Positions 25,200 through 36,631 of a stretch of 64,000 bases of DNA are shown here, one piece after another. The stretch covers positions 308,158-372,157 of the forward strand of contig RHPI01001428.1 in the NCBI GenBank assembly GCA_009103225.1, written 5' to 3'. The number at the start of each line of letters is the position of its first letter. The stretch's first letter is position 1. The notes beneath the pieces were generated by a model. It searched no databases. It was not told the origin of the DNA and saw nothing but the letters and a program-made list of their open reading frames with translations. The DNA is from Chlorokybus atmophyticus (taxonomy: Eukaryota > Plantae > Mesostigma and Chlorokybus algae). The position numbers and the translations under genes were made by a program.

Positions 25200-28100
25200 A
25201 GATGGCAACCAGAGCAGTACCTGCCAGCCTGCCAGAGGCTCAATGAGAAGGCTGTGCATGTTGACTAGCACATGAAGGTATGTGATGATTGTTCGGTGCT
25301 TGCACCTGAATTTAACTCAGATTCTGTGTCTTGGTCTCATTAGCATGCAAGGGACGAGACCTCGTATTATGCTGAATGGTCTCCTGTGATTATTGAATTG
25401 CAGCGTAGGCACTCTGAGCAGTTACCAACATCACCTTAGTTAGATTGCCTCACCTGAAGCTCCAGTTCACCAAGCACAAGCAAAATACATAGGGTACCAC
25501 ATTTGTTATGATTAATGTACTTACAATTTGACTTGAGTGTATGACATGGCATAAGAAAGCTCAGCCTGTCATTTCACAAGATTATTATAATTCCATATCA
25601 TATCAACAATGTCAAACACACGCTGAGTTATGTACATACTATTGAAAGTTCCGATCATTTTACTCAAACGCTAATTATACTATTACATGCATGAGATTCA
25701 TGAGCATTATTGATGTGCATTGCAATATGGTATTGCATGAGCTTTATGTGATGCATTGTGGTAAACATCAACACAACCCACCACATGCCTGCATGGTCGC
25801 AATAACATATGAAACAATACACTGATGTATGAGTATTTTTACATGTTAACTTTGGACCATGACATGACATATTGTGTACATAACAACTCTCAGCGTGTCA
25901 TTGCAAATGATTATTTTAATTATAAAATAAATATATATGCATATTCAATGACAATAAGCTTGCAACAAGTGCCATCAAGCATTAAAATATTATTGTACAG
26001 TATGTTTGAAATAACGCAGTGTTTGAAATATATAAATTCTCATTATGAGTAAGTCCGTCAACGACTGGCGGTGCTGTTATATTGATATTAGGATATGCCC
26101 ACCAACATGATACATATGACATAAGGCTAGCAATAATATATATAAATCGGTTGAGCAGGATCCCCGAAGAAGCGCGCAATGTTCATATGTTCCAATTGGC
26201 ATATCATGGATATCACACGTGTATACACGTGTCATATTTGCACGCTTGCACATCAGTCGCCAGTGTAGTGCATACGGCAATAATGTCTATGTAATTGCGG
26301 AATGCTATGTCATGAGCGGCTTATATCATGTTGCATTTGAGCGTAGAGATTGATTAACGTTTTTAGACCAAGTTATATCATCAATGAAGTATATAATTAC
26401 TCGACCTTTTTTATCACATGATTACTGCAAATTACAATTATTTAATCAAATATTTGATACAAATATTTAAGCTCAATACTCATTTACAAATCTATATCAC
26501 TTATTGAATATGCGATTGCGAACTGTCGCAATAGCAGATGCTTGAGGCTTAGCATATGATCATGTAGAATATAAATGCATAATTGGTTTACTGCTTATGT
26601 ACCTCATATCATTACGATAACGATCCTACTACGTTGCAATTAACGTTAAGAACTGCACTTATTTGTGGGTTGGCAATTATGGCTGTATCCGCTAAGTATT
26701 AGTAACGCATGAAAAGTCCTTAACACACTCCTTGCAGCATGCAACGTTTGCAAGTAATCTTCATGAAAATATATGGGAAAACACGTGCGTCAAAAAACCA
26801 TTGTAAAAGTATCATCCAAGATCAATGTCATGTTTTGCATATCGTCATTCAACTGCCACTTTTGCGCCCCATTTTAAACTCAAGGCGTATAAATTCAATC
26901 ACATTTGCATTAAAATCTTTTTGCGGATGTTATGAAAGCTTTTGTGTAACGTATATGGTGATTCTGCAAGTGTCATGTTTATAACATATACTTACGCATA
27001 TAGCGTATATTAACACTTTGTGTACAAAGTATTAATGTTATAATCATAGCAATTACTGTTGTGTATATGTAAACCATGTTAGGATTTGATGTTGTCGCTG
27101 ATTCAATGACGCACGGTACGCGAAGTTGTTATATACGTAAATGTGTATAAATAAAATGTAATCGTATAGTAGAGTTAGTTACAGCATCTGCAGGATAAAG
27201 CGACAACGTACAAAGCTGATTTAACAGCCAAGCTAAATGGAGACACAATGCAAAAAAGGTAATTGCTACACTTGGTTTCACTTTTGTACAACTTTGTTGC
27301 AATAACATAATCGATTACCGCTCCGGTCGATGTAATAGGTTGTATCTAAGTAATTCTCATTTTACATCGACCCGAGCCCGCGGCAATTGACTCCAACCGT
27401 CACTAGACTGCATGTTTGCACTTTGCTTTGCTGCACTTAATGTTGATCTACGATATGAAGTCATCTAAGGCGCAGTGCGGTCGATAGCTATCTGCGATAC
27501 CTGCATATGCAGCCCCCATAAATTTATCTTTGAATTACTCTGCATCAAAGATTGCAGAACAGCAAATTACCACCGATTGCAAAAGAGCCAACTTTATTGC
27601 ATGCAGCTAACAACTGTCTTTAAACATTGTAAAGTGTTAAACATGTTGAAGGGCCGAGTTGGACAAGTATTGATGAAACTACCTATTAGGATGCTAGGAT
27701 CGTGTATACAGCCCTAGGAAGCTAAGACGAGGCAAGAGCAAACTACCACTATAAACTACCAGCTGCATCAAGGTCTGGCTAGGCTAGGCCTGGCCAGGTT
27801 AGAAACTACTAGCTGCATGCATGCATGCATCTTGCGGTATAGCATTGAGCATAGTAAGAAGCTACTACTGTACTGCAGTGATATGTAAGAAAGATGTGGC
27901 AGCCTAGTCCACACGATGATTGAAACATTCAAAATGCACGGTTTAAGAATCCAACCGTAGATTAACGGCTTTCAATGGTGGTTCTTCTACGAGTTACCTT
28001 CTGATCTAACAACTTTTTCAGGTAAGACATCTTTGAATGTAAGAGTACGTGAGACATGTAACAAGGTGGGCAACCCTCTAGATGTCATGCATGTTCCGGG

Positions 28101-30350
28101 GCTCAAGGTGTTACAGAAAGCGAGGTGATATGTAAGTGGTTAATAATGAGTTTTTGAAAGACGCGTTTTGCATGCCTGTCTTTCAATTAAAAATGACAGA
28201 CTTCCACAGCACTCCATTGTTCAGCAGTGTAATCGCTTTCTACCTTGATGTCAATGAAGTATAAATTATGATTCCAGTGCTGCTGCTGCCTGCAACGCGG
28301 TGCAAAAAGCTTGCCTTTCACTGCATGCAGCTCGATGCATTGCAGTAAGCGCAATGGAATGGGGAGACAAAGCAAAAACGAATAAACTTTACTTTTACAA
28401 TTGGGGGATATACATGCAGAGGTAGACTTTACTTTTACTTGATTTTACTCTCTGTGTGACAAGAAAATATAACAACAAATTATTGTATAACACAATCAGT
28501 TTGGAAGGGGACTTTGTTGGACCCTTTTGTTAGAAAACAAAAATGTATCAAATTCAACCAAGAAAGTAATGAAAAGAATGAACAATAGGTTGGCTATTGT
28601 ATCATTTGTAGTACTTGTACTATAATATATACCACAAATCGGACTTTTTTAGCCATCAAGTTGCAAATGTGTTGTACCGATTTATAATCGTGCCATATAT
28701 GGTTGAAAGCGGAATTCCGCGGGCCTACACGAGAAAATCAATGTTAAAATTTATTCAATACCAAGTTGGTCTATGGTGTAGCACCCTTCAATTTTCAAAG
28801 TCATACTAATATTGCTGCACAGCATGACCCACTGGGTAGTTATAAATTAATCATGCTATTTCAAGCATATCATGGCTACCAACTTTGCAGTAGCATTCAT
28901 ACATGCTAGCAAACACATGTTACATTTAATTGTGCACACATTATCAGGTTTGGGATGTTGTTGAAGTAAAACATTATGGCACATTGCGCACCCGCAGGCT
29001 GCATACATAAGTATGTTTTGAAATTTCCACGCCATACTCGTGTGCCAATCAATCCAACAAGTAATTTTCTATGAATATTACGTTGCAAGGGATGCCCTCC
29101 CAGGAGGGTTTTAGTTTTAAAGGTCTATATCTACGGTAGCATGTTACCCAAGTTGCATAAAACAAGTTCTGAATGCAATACCGTTACCGGCCAGCCTAGT
29201 ATTGAGAAGACCAATCATTTAAAAAAAGGATCTTGTAAACGAGTGCGTAAATGTTTAAAAAAAATAAAATAAATGAGATGCCGAGGTAATGTTGTTTAGG
29301 TAGACTTAATGAGTTCAACAATATGCTATGATGTACTTTATGTTTTTTCACACCAATAAAAGTCAAGGAAGGCCGGTTACACCATCACAAGAGATTACAT
29401 CTCGCCTGCGCCTTGTTGAACGAATCATCTTGTACAACAAGCGCTATTTGCATGCTGTTGTTAAGTAATGCTCAATCGTAATGAACACACATGCAAAGCT
29501 TCTCGCACTGATGTAGTCTGGCCCACGCACAAGGTGCTGTAACATGCGTCAACGTCAATAGGTCTCAGTTGTAGCGTTAAGTTCATATAATGGTTGGTTG
29601 CAAATGCTTGCTCACATCTTCAAGATGTGCAATGCAATAGCAATCATTGTCGAGGTCTGAACAGTGGAACATTTGTTGCCTTTGCAGACAATCCACCACT
29701 TCCATCCAACAAGTCCTTGAATATTGTTTTGGCAATGCCGAAATGGCCCCACTTGGCTCAAGAAGGGATGGTGCTGTATTGAGTGGGTGCGGTGTCACCG
29801 TACGCAAAACATGAACACAGCATCTGAGTTAATTTTTACCCGCCGTATGCATGCGTAGTATACGACGAATACCACGTGATTATGTATGGTACGTGCAGCA
29901 ATACGCAAGTTGTTATTCCGATACATGTACACATGCCTATGTATGTTCATTTATGTATGCGGTAAATTTGCTGCACGTACCATCATAATGTGTTTAACGC
30001 ATCGGATGTATATTCGCAATTTGCCGCAACAAATACCAACTTCTGATGGGGTAATTATCATCTTTGATCATGGCCTCTGATAAGTATGACTCTTTTGCAA
30101 TGCCTTGCGCTTGAAATTTTTGACCTCATGCTTCATACATTCATCGCAAACAACAGCACGATCATCACATTTCATTCTTCGAACTCTTAACAATCAATCC
30201 ACATCACGTGTTACTTCAATGCAACCTTTCAACAACATGTTTTCAGTTTAATCATTGTGTATACGCTGTAAAATCTCTCATCGATAGGAGTTGTTTCAAC
30301 CTTAGTCTTACTTAGTAGAAGAGAGGAGGGCTGTATCAATGGTGGGGATC
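25200..30350. other. AT-rich, ORF-poor intergenic island (possibly decayed mobile DNA)
   Basis: Visibly more AT-rich than the flanking genes. It contains only short stop-riddled ORFs and no spliced gene could be built. Confidence 0.65.
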
Positions 30351-30723
30351 TTATGGGGGAATAATCATACGGTACATGGGCTTTGAAGACGGTGAAGACG
30401 ATTGGACGGCGCTAAGCCTGCACTTTCCCAGAGCTGCTTGAATCCTTCAATTAGGAGATTCAACTTGAGGCCCTGCCGACGTGCCTACGTGTCCGTCTCT
30501 CAAAGCATCGTGGACTCCACTCTCGGGGTCACGTGAGGGGGCGTTTTGACCGCGAGAGCAAAATGGCGTCGTCATGATGGCGGTGGGCCGGACCGGACCA
30601 GGCCACGGGCCACGGGGCGGCGGCAGCAGCCTAAAGCGGCAGGCCTAGCCACTGGCTATGCCAAACCAGGCCAAAGCAGACCAGGCCAGGCTAGGCCCAA
30701 GCTAGAGCTGGAGCATAGCTGCG

Positions 30724-31463
30724 ATGGGTCCGCGGCGGCGAGCGGCGGCGGCGGTGAGCCCGTCGTGTTGGTGGAGGTGGTGCGTACTGAGCTTCAGCGC
30801 CGCCGCCTGCCTGGCCGCCTGCGCCCTGGCCCATCCCGAGGCTAACGCCGCCGGCAACGGCAATGCCCGACCGCTGCAGAGGCCGCTTGCACCTGGAGTT
30901 GTGGAAGAAGCCCTCGACCAGCTTGGCATTCTGCACTCTGCACACGTAAGACTGCGGCGCATTTGTACGTGTGCGGAGTGTAGGAGCTCGCGCACACACA
31001 CACACACACACATGATTGGTGTGTGTGTGCGTGCATTCGGGTGTCTCACTCGTGTGTGTCAAGCGTGAGGGTGTCGACGTCTCGTTCTAGCCTGTACACG
31101 CACATATGCACCTGGTGCACAGACACATGGAAGCGGACGTGCACGCGTCTGCAATTCAAGCATTATCAGATGCACAGACAAGAACTCTCACATAGGCGTT
31201 TGTGTGTGTTCTTTTTGTGCGCGCAGACACGCACGTACTCACGCACGTACACACACAAACACACACATAGACACACGTACACACACAGATCTGTACTGAA
31301 CTTGCGCTGTGTTGCTGATCACTGGCCATTGCACAGGTATCGCACTTAGAGCTTCCAGATGAGCACCCCGGCGACGGCACTCTGGCCATACAGGTTCTGC
31401 TAGGCGACGAGCACTACAGCCTGCAGGCAAGGGGCACTTAGCAACTGAGTGCGCGCGCATGCA

Positions 31464-31494
<31 letters not shown>

Positions 31495-34400
31495 CAAAGC
31501 ACTCGTACTCTATGTAATGTCATACTGAGAATCGCAACCCTCTCATTTTGCAGCTGAGCCCGTGTACCGTGCGCACTCCCAACTTCAAGGTGAGCAGAGT
31601 GTCCCTCTGCCTTTCCATCAGACAGTGGTTGATTTACGCATAACAAGACCCCCCCTCAATTTACACTCAACATCAACCACCCACCGTTGCAGTTGCTGGT
31701 GCACGGCGCCGACGGCTCATTGGAAGAGGTGCGTGCGGGCCCCGAGCACAGCGTGTGCGGCACCATCGCCGGCCGCCCGGACAGCCACATACGCGGCGCA
31801 CTGCGCAATGGAGGCCTCCACGCGGGTATGCACACACACACACACGCACACGCACACGCACACGCATACGCATACGCAGTCAACTCCAACTTTTGCTTCT
31901 TGCACAGGTATCCTGCACGACGATGAGTTCTACTACATCGAGCCTCTTCCTGGCCTCAGTCGCGCTCGGCCGGCTCGCATGGGCCGACGCCTGCTCAGGT
32001 ACCACTGTACCCATCATGTTGGTTTGCATCATTGTGGTGTCGGGACAGTGAGACACCAACATGTTGTGCGTGTGGCAGCACGGGGAACACCAACTTGCAC
32101 GCGGTGTACACGGCACGCGATAAGGCCGGGCAAGATGAACATGACCATGACCACGAGCATGCGCACGACCACGGGCGCATGCTTGTTGACGGTGTGAAGA
32201 CACCTCCCGTGCTTTCTGATCCCGCACTACCGGCACCAAAAGACACACCCACCAAGCAACAGCCACAAACCCAATCAGTGAGTATAGTCCAGTGTGTGTG
32301 TACGCATGCGTGCGCGTGTGTGCGTGTGTGCGTGCGTGCGTGCGTGTACATGCGTGCATGTGTATGTGACACAACAACAGTGTTTTACAATAACAACAAC
32401 TATCTCCTCCTCCAGGCCAAGTCTCCCCCCAAGACCTGCGGCGTGACCAACTCCACCCAGAAGGAGGTCGACGAGGGCGGCGCCGACGGTGCCCTCCCCG
32501 ACGGTTGCTTGTGGAACACCGAGCTCGCCATCGACGCCGACTACGCCTACTTCACCTCCTTCGGCTCCAACCTCAACGCCGTCACATCCCAAATACAACT
32601 CGTCATCAACACGATCAACTTGCAATACGCCCGCGACGTCAACATCACATTCACTCTATCGACAATAGTTGTGAGAAGCAGCGCAGCAACCAACCCGTAC
32701 ACGCAGTCCGGTGCTTCAGCGCTACTGAGTCAGTTCAGGTCATACTGGTTGGCGAATCACTGGAATGTCCAGAGAGATGTAGCTCAGTTGTTCACTGGGA
32801 TTGGACTCACGGGTGGTATCATCGGTCTAGCATGGACGGGAGTTGTATGCGATGACCCGTATGGTGGGTACGGCTTCAGTTTAGTTCAGAGTAACTATGA
32901 CGGGACTCTCAAAGATGCGACGGACTTGTCTGCTCACGAGTTGGGTCACACCTTCAATGCGGTTCATTGCGATTGCGCGGGGTCGAACCCGGGACCCTTC
33001 ACGATGAACTCGTGGATCACGGGAGCGAACCGGTTCAATCCCAACGCGGATATCCCCGTGATCAAGTCCTTCGCGGCCTCAGTGGCGTGCTTGCAAGCGC
33101 AGTGTCCGTGGATAACGAACCCACCGGCGCCGCCAGTGACGGTGATGACAAGTGCCCCAACAACAACCTCATCACCACCACCTCCACCTCCACCACCACC
33201 TCCTCCACCACCAATGACGCCACCACCGCCGCCGCCAACACCGCCACCGCCGCCGCCGCCGCCAGCGAGGACGCCCACGCCGAGGATTGAGTGGGGATCG
33301 GATACCGTCACGCAGAGCAACCAGAGCTACTGGAGGACCATATACCTGGAGGTGGGTGGGTGGTTGTGTGGGTGTGTGTATGTGCATGTGCGTGTCGCCG
33401 ACACCGGTTGTGGGTGCTCGCGCGTGCAAGTGTGTGTGTGAGAGAATGTGGGTGTGCGTGCGCGTGCGTAAAGCTCATGCATAGTTGTTGATTGCGGTGT
33501 GATGATCGTGTTGTTTGTGCTGTTGTGCTCAGAACACGTATATCAACCCCGTGGTGATTATGGGTCCCCCGACGAGCAACGGCGTGACGCCCGTTACGGT
33601 GCGCGTCAACCAGGTCACGCCCACCAGCTTCCAGTACCAGCTGCAGAACTGGAACTACCTTGGAAACATTGCTCGGCGAACCGAGAACGTGTCCTACCTC
33701 GTCGTCGAAGCAGGTGCACAGACCTGCAAGCCTTGTGCGTGCGTGCGTGCGTGCGTGCGTGCGGGTGTGAGCCTATTGTTGGTGGGATCAGGTGAAGGGC
33801 TGTGTGCACACGCAGACACGTGTGCATGCCCATGTCCATGCCTTGTAACACACACGCGCGCACGCGCACGCGCACGCGCACGCCCACGCGCGCGCACACA
33901 CACACATACGCATGCACGCACGCACGCATGCGTGTGCTTACTCACATGCTCTCCGACTTGTCTTCACGTGCGATATAATGTGCATCGCTAAAACAAGTGC
34001 CCTACCTGCATCACAGGCAATTGGGTGATTAACGGTCGGACGGTGATGGAGGCCGGTGTCCTCGAGAACGTCACCAACACGTGGGTGACCAAACGCTTCA
34101 CCTACGGGACCTTCAAGTACAGCCCCGCTCTCCTTACGCAGGTGCAAGTGCATAAGCATACCTGAACGCCCAACCCTCCCACCTACCCTCCCAACCCTCT
34201 CACCCCACACCCACACCCACACCAACACCCACGCAGACGATGACGAACCGCGACTCCTCGACAGTCTCCCCCCGCGTGACCGGTTTCGGCTACGCTGGTT
34301 TTAGTATCATGTTGGAGGAGCAGGCCAACCGCGACCCGTTCCACAGCGGGGAGCGGGTGGGTTACGTGGCTTTGACTCAAACGAGCGGGACGGACTTCTT

Positions 34401-35317
34401 GAACGCGTGGAGCTATGTCGCGGGAGCCGTGAAGAATGTGAGTGGAGATGTGGCGAATACGGCGTGGCCAGCGAATGCACCGGCGGCCATGTTCAATAAT
34501 ACGGTGTTGTTGGGAGCTATCACCACAACGAACGCCAACGACGTCAACGCAAAGGTGAGGATGACGCGAGTGCAAGCACACAGCTATGCGTGCGCATACG
34601 CACACACGCACGCACACGCACGCGCACAGGCACAGGCATACGTGCTCACACATGCGCTCGCACATAAATATGCTTGCGCGTGCACACATGCACACGCGCG
34701 CATGCATACGCATGGACAAGTGCGCACACATCAGACTCACCGCTGTCCTGTTTGCGCAGGACCTGCGTACCTCCACCCCTTCCTCCTCCGGTTTCTGCTT
34801 CGATATCGAGTCCGAGCTTTCCGCTCCGATATCCTCCCCACCCGGCGCCGAGACCGTCTCCTACCTCGCTTTAGCCCGCCCCTCCGGCCTCACCATCTCC
34901 GGCACCAACGACGATATCGCGTCCGCCCCCAACTCACTCCCGCTCGGATGGGCCGACGCGGATATCGGCGTCGGGACCTCACCCGCATTTAAGGTACGAG
35001 TTGTTGTTGTTGAAGTTGTGATGTTGTATAGTTGGTGTGGTGTTTGGTTGAAATTAACGTGATGACACTTGACTTCTTTATAGGCTGGGGGTGCGAGCTT
35101 CGACGGGAGGGTGTTTACTGTTGCGGGTTCGGGGACGGATATCTGGGGGACGGGGGATCAGTTCCACTTCGCGTGGAGGAGGAATGTCGGGGACGTGAGC
35201 GTGACGGCCAGGGTGACGAGCATACCAAATACGAATACGTGGGCAAAAGCGGGGGTCATGATACGGTGAGCGTGTAGTGGTGTCAAGTACTGATCGATTA
35301 GTCACTCTGTGTGCGCA

Positions 35318-35349
<32 letters not shown>

Positions 35350-36071
35350 TGTGGGCGTATGGGCGTTTGTGCATCCACACTCGTGACTGCACACACGCGT
35401 GTGTGTACGTCTGCACGTTTTGAATTGCTGTAAGGCACAATAACACATCCCCCCTCACACGCCATCTCTCCCACCACAGCGCGTCCTCGGCAGCCAACTC
35501 CCCTTTCGCCCTAATGGCCTTCTCCGCCGCCAGCGGCACCGCATTTCAATACCGCACAACAGGTTACACAAACAAACAAACAAGCCTGAACCACTCACTG
35601 ATTCACCAACTGATTCACTAACTCACTAAACTCTCCCCTGTTTCCCCCCAGTCGGCGGCACCGCCATCTCCGTCAACGACGCCACTCGCAAGGTCGCTCC
35701 CCTCTGGGTCCGCTTGATCCGATCCTCCTCCTCTGGTCTCGTGACCGCGTTCACCAGTGCGGACGGCCTGGCGTGGAAGCAGCAAGGGGCCCCGGTCGCG
35801 CTGCCGTTCAACGGGACAGGCACGGACGTCCAGTTCGCCGTCGGGCTGGCGGTCTCGGCGCACAACGTCAACAGCGTGTGCAACGCGACGTTCGACACTG
35901 TGGCGGTAGGTGTTGCAAAGTGTGTGTGTGTGTGTCTGTGTGCAGGGAAGTGTGCGTGTACGCGCAAACGTAGACGCGCGTGCGCGCGTATGTGCGTGTG
36001 ATGGCGTGTGTGTGTGTGTGCACGTGTCTCATGGTTGCTTGGCTGTTTTGCAGATTCCTGGCTACTTGTAA
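30724..36071 (+). CDS. Secreted reprolysin-like (metzincin, M12B-like) zinc metalloprotease with Pro-rich linker, three H-type-lectin-like repeats and a C-terminal ConA-like (DUF1349-type) module, about 15 exons
   Basis: Signal peptide (WWRWCVLSFSAAACLAACALA). Prodomain with YYIEPL and a KTCGV cysteine-switch-like motif. Catalytic domain with ELAIDADYAYF, RDVAQLFTG, IGLAWTGVVC, HELGHTFNAVH (32935-32967) and Met-turn TMNS. Poly-Pro linker at 33121-33285. Repeats of the W.T......PVV....S.G..PVTVRV..V....F..../E.VSYLVVEAG type. Terminal GSGTDIWGTGDQFHFAWR...WAKAGVMIR...FQYR...VGLAVSAHN. Ends IPGYL* at 36071. Confidence 0.9.
31464..31492. repeat. Intronic (GT)n microsatellite, representative of many CA/GT and CACG/GTGC tracts in introns at 2.0-2.1, 17.3-18.4, 31-36 and 42-47 kb
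   Basis: Directly visible tgtgtgtgtg runs. Other examples are gcacgcacgc, gcgtgcgtgc and cacacacac tracts. Confidence 0.9.
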
Positions 36072-36631
36072 ACTGGACTGCAATCGTCACACATTCTGTG
36101 CGCACGAGTCGCATTGACTCGTGCGTGGGTGTCCGACTCAGACACCTGCGCAAGATAGTACAGCAGCTTTCACCATTCAGATTACAATTTGAGATTTCAA
36201 CAGCCTCTACATTGTTAGAATTTATTGGGTGGGTATTGTTTAAAACATTGGTCTACTTCATAGCTTTGGCAGCCTTGGCACGCATTGGCTGGGCTGACAA
36301 CATACCGGTCCAGCAGTTGTTGCTCCTTCCAGCTATGTTGCTGCCTTGAGTTTTCCCTCTTGCTAGCTTGCTTATGCTGGTACCAGCCAGTTGCGATTGA
36401 TGCACAACACAGCCCCACACTCGCCTACAAATCCACAGAACAGCAAGCATTCGAACGAAGTCACGGAGACAGCAGCAACGAGTTAGGGCACAATTTGACA
36501 AGTGCATGCCGTGTGTGATCTTACGGACGTGTTGCCAACGCCTCAGCGGAGGCGAGGGCGAGGGCGGCAATGTCGTCGTCATCGTCGTCGTCGGTTCGGT
36601 GGCGAGGGGTGTAGTCCTCCACGGGGACGCC

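Noticed and set aside
33515-33991. His/Thr/Arg- or Cys/Val-rich ORFs here and in many other introns
   Set aside because: These are translations of CA/GT microsatellites.
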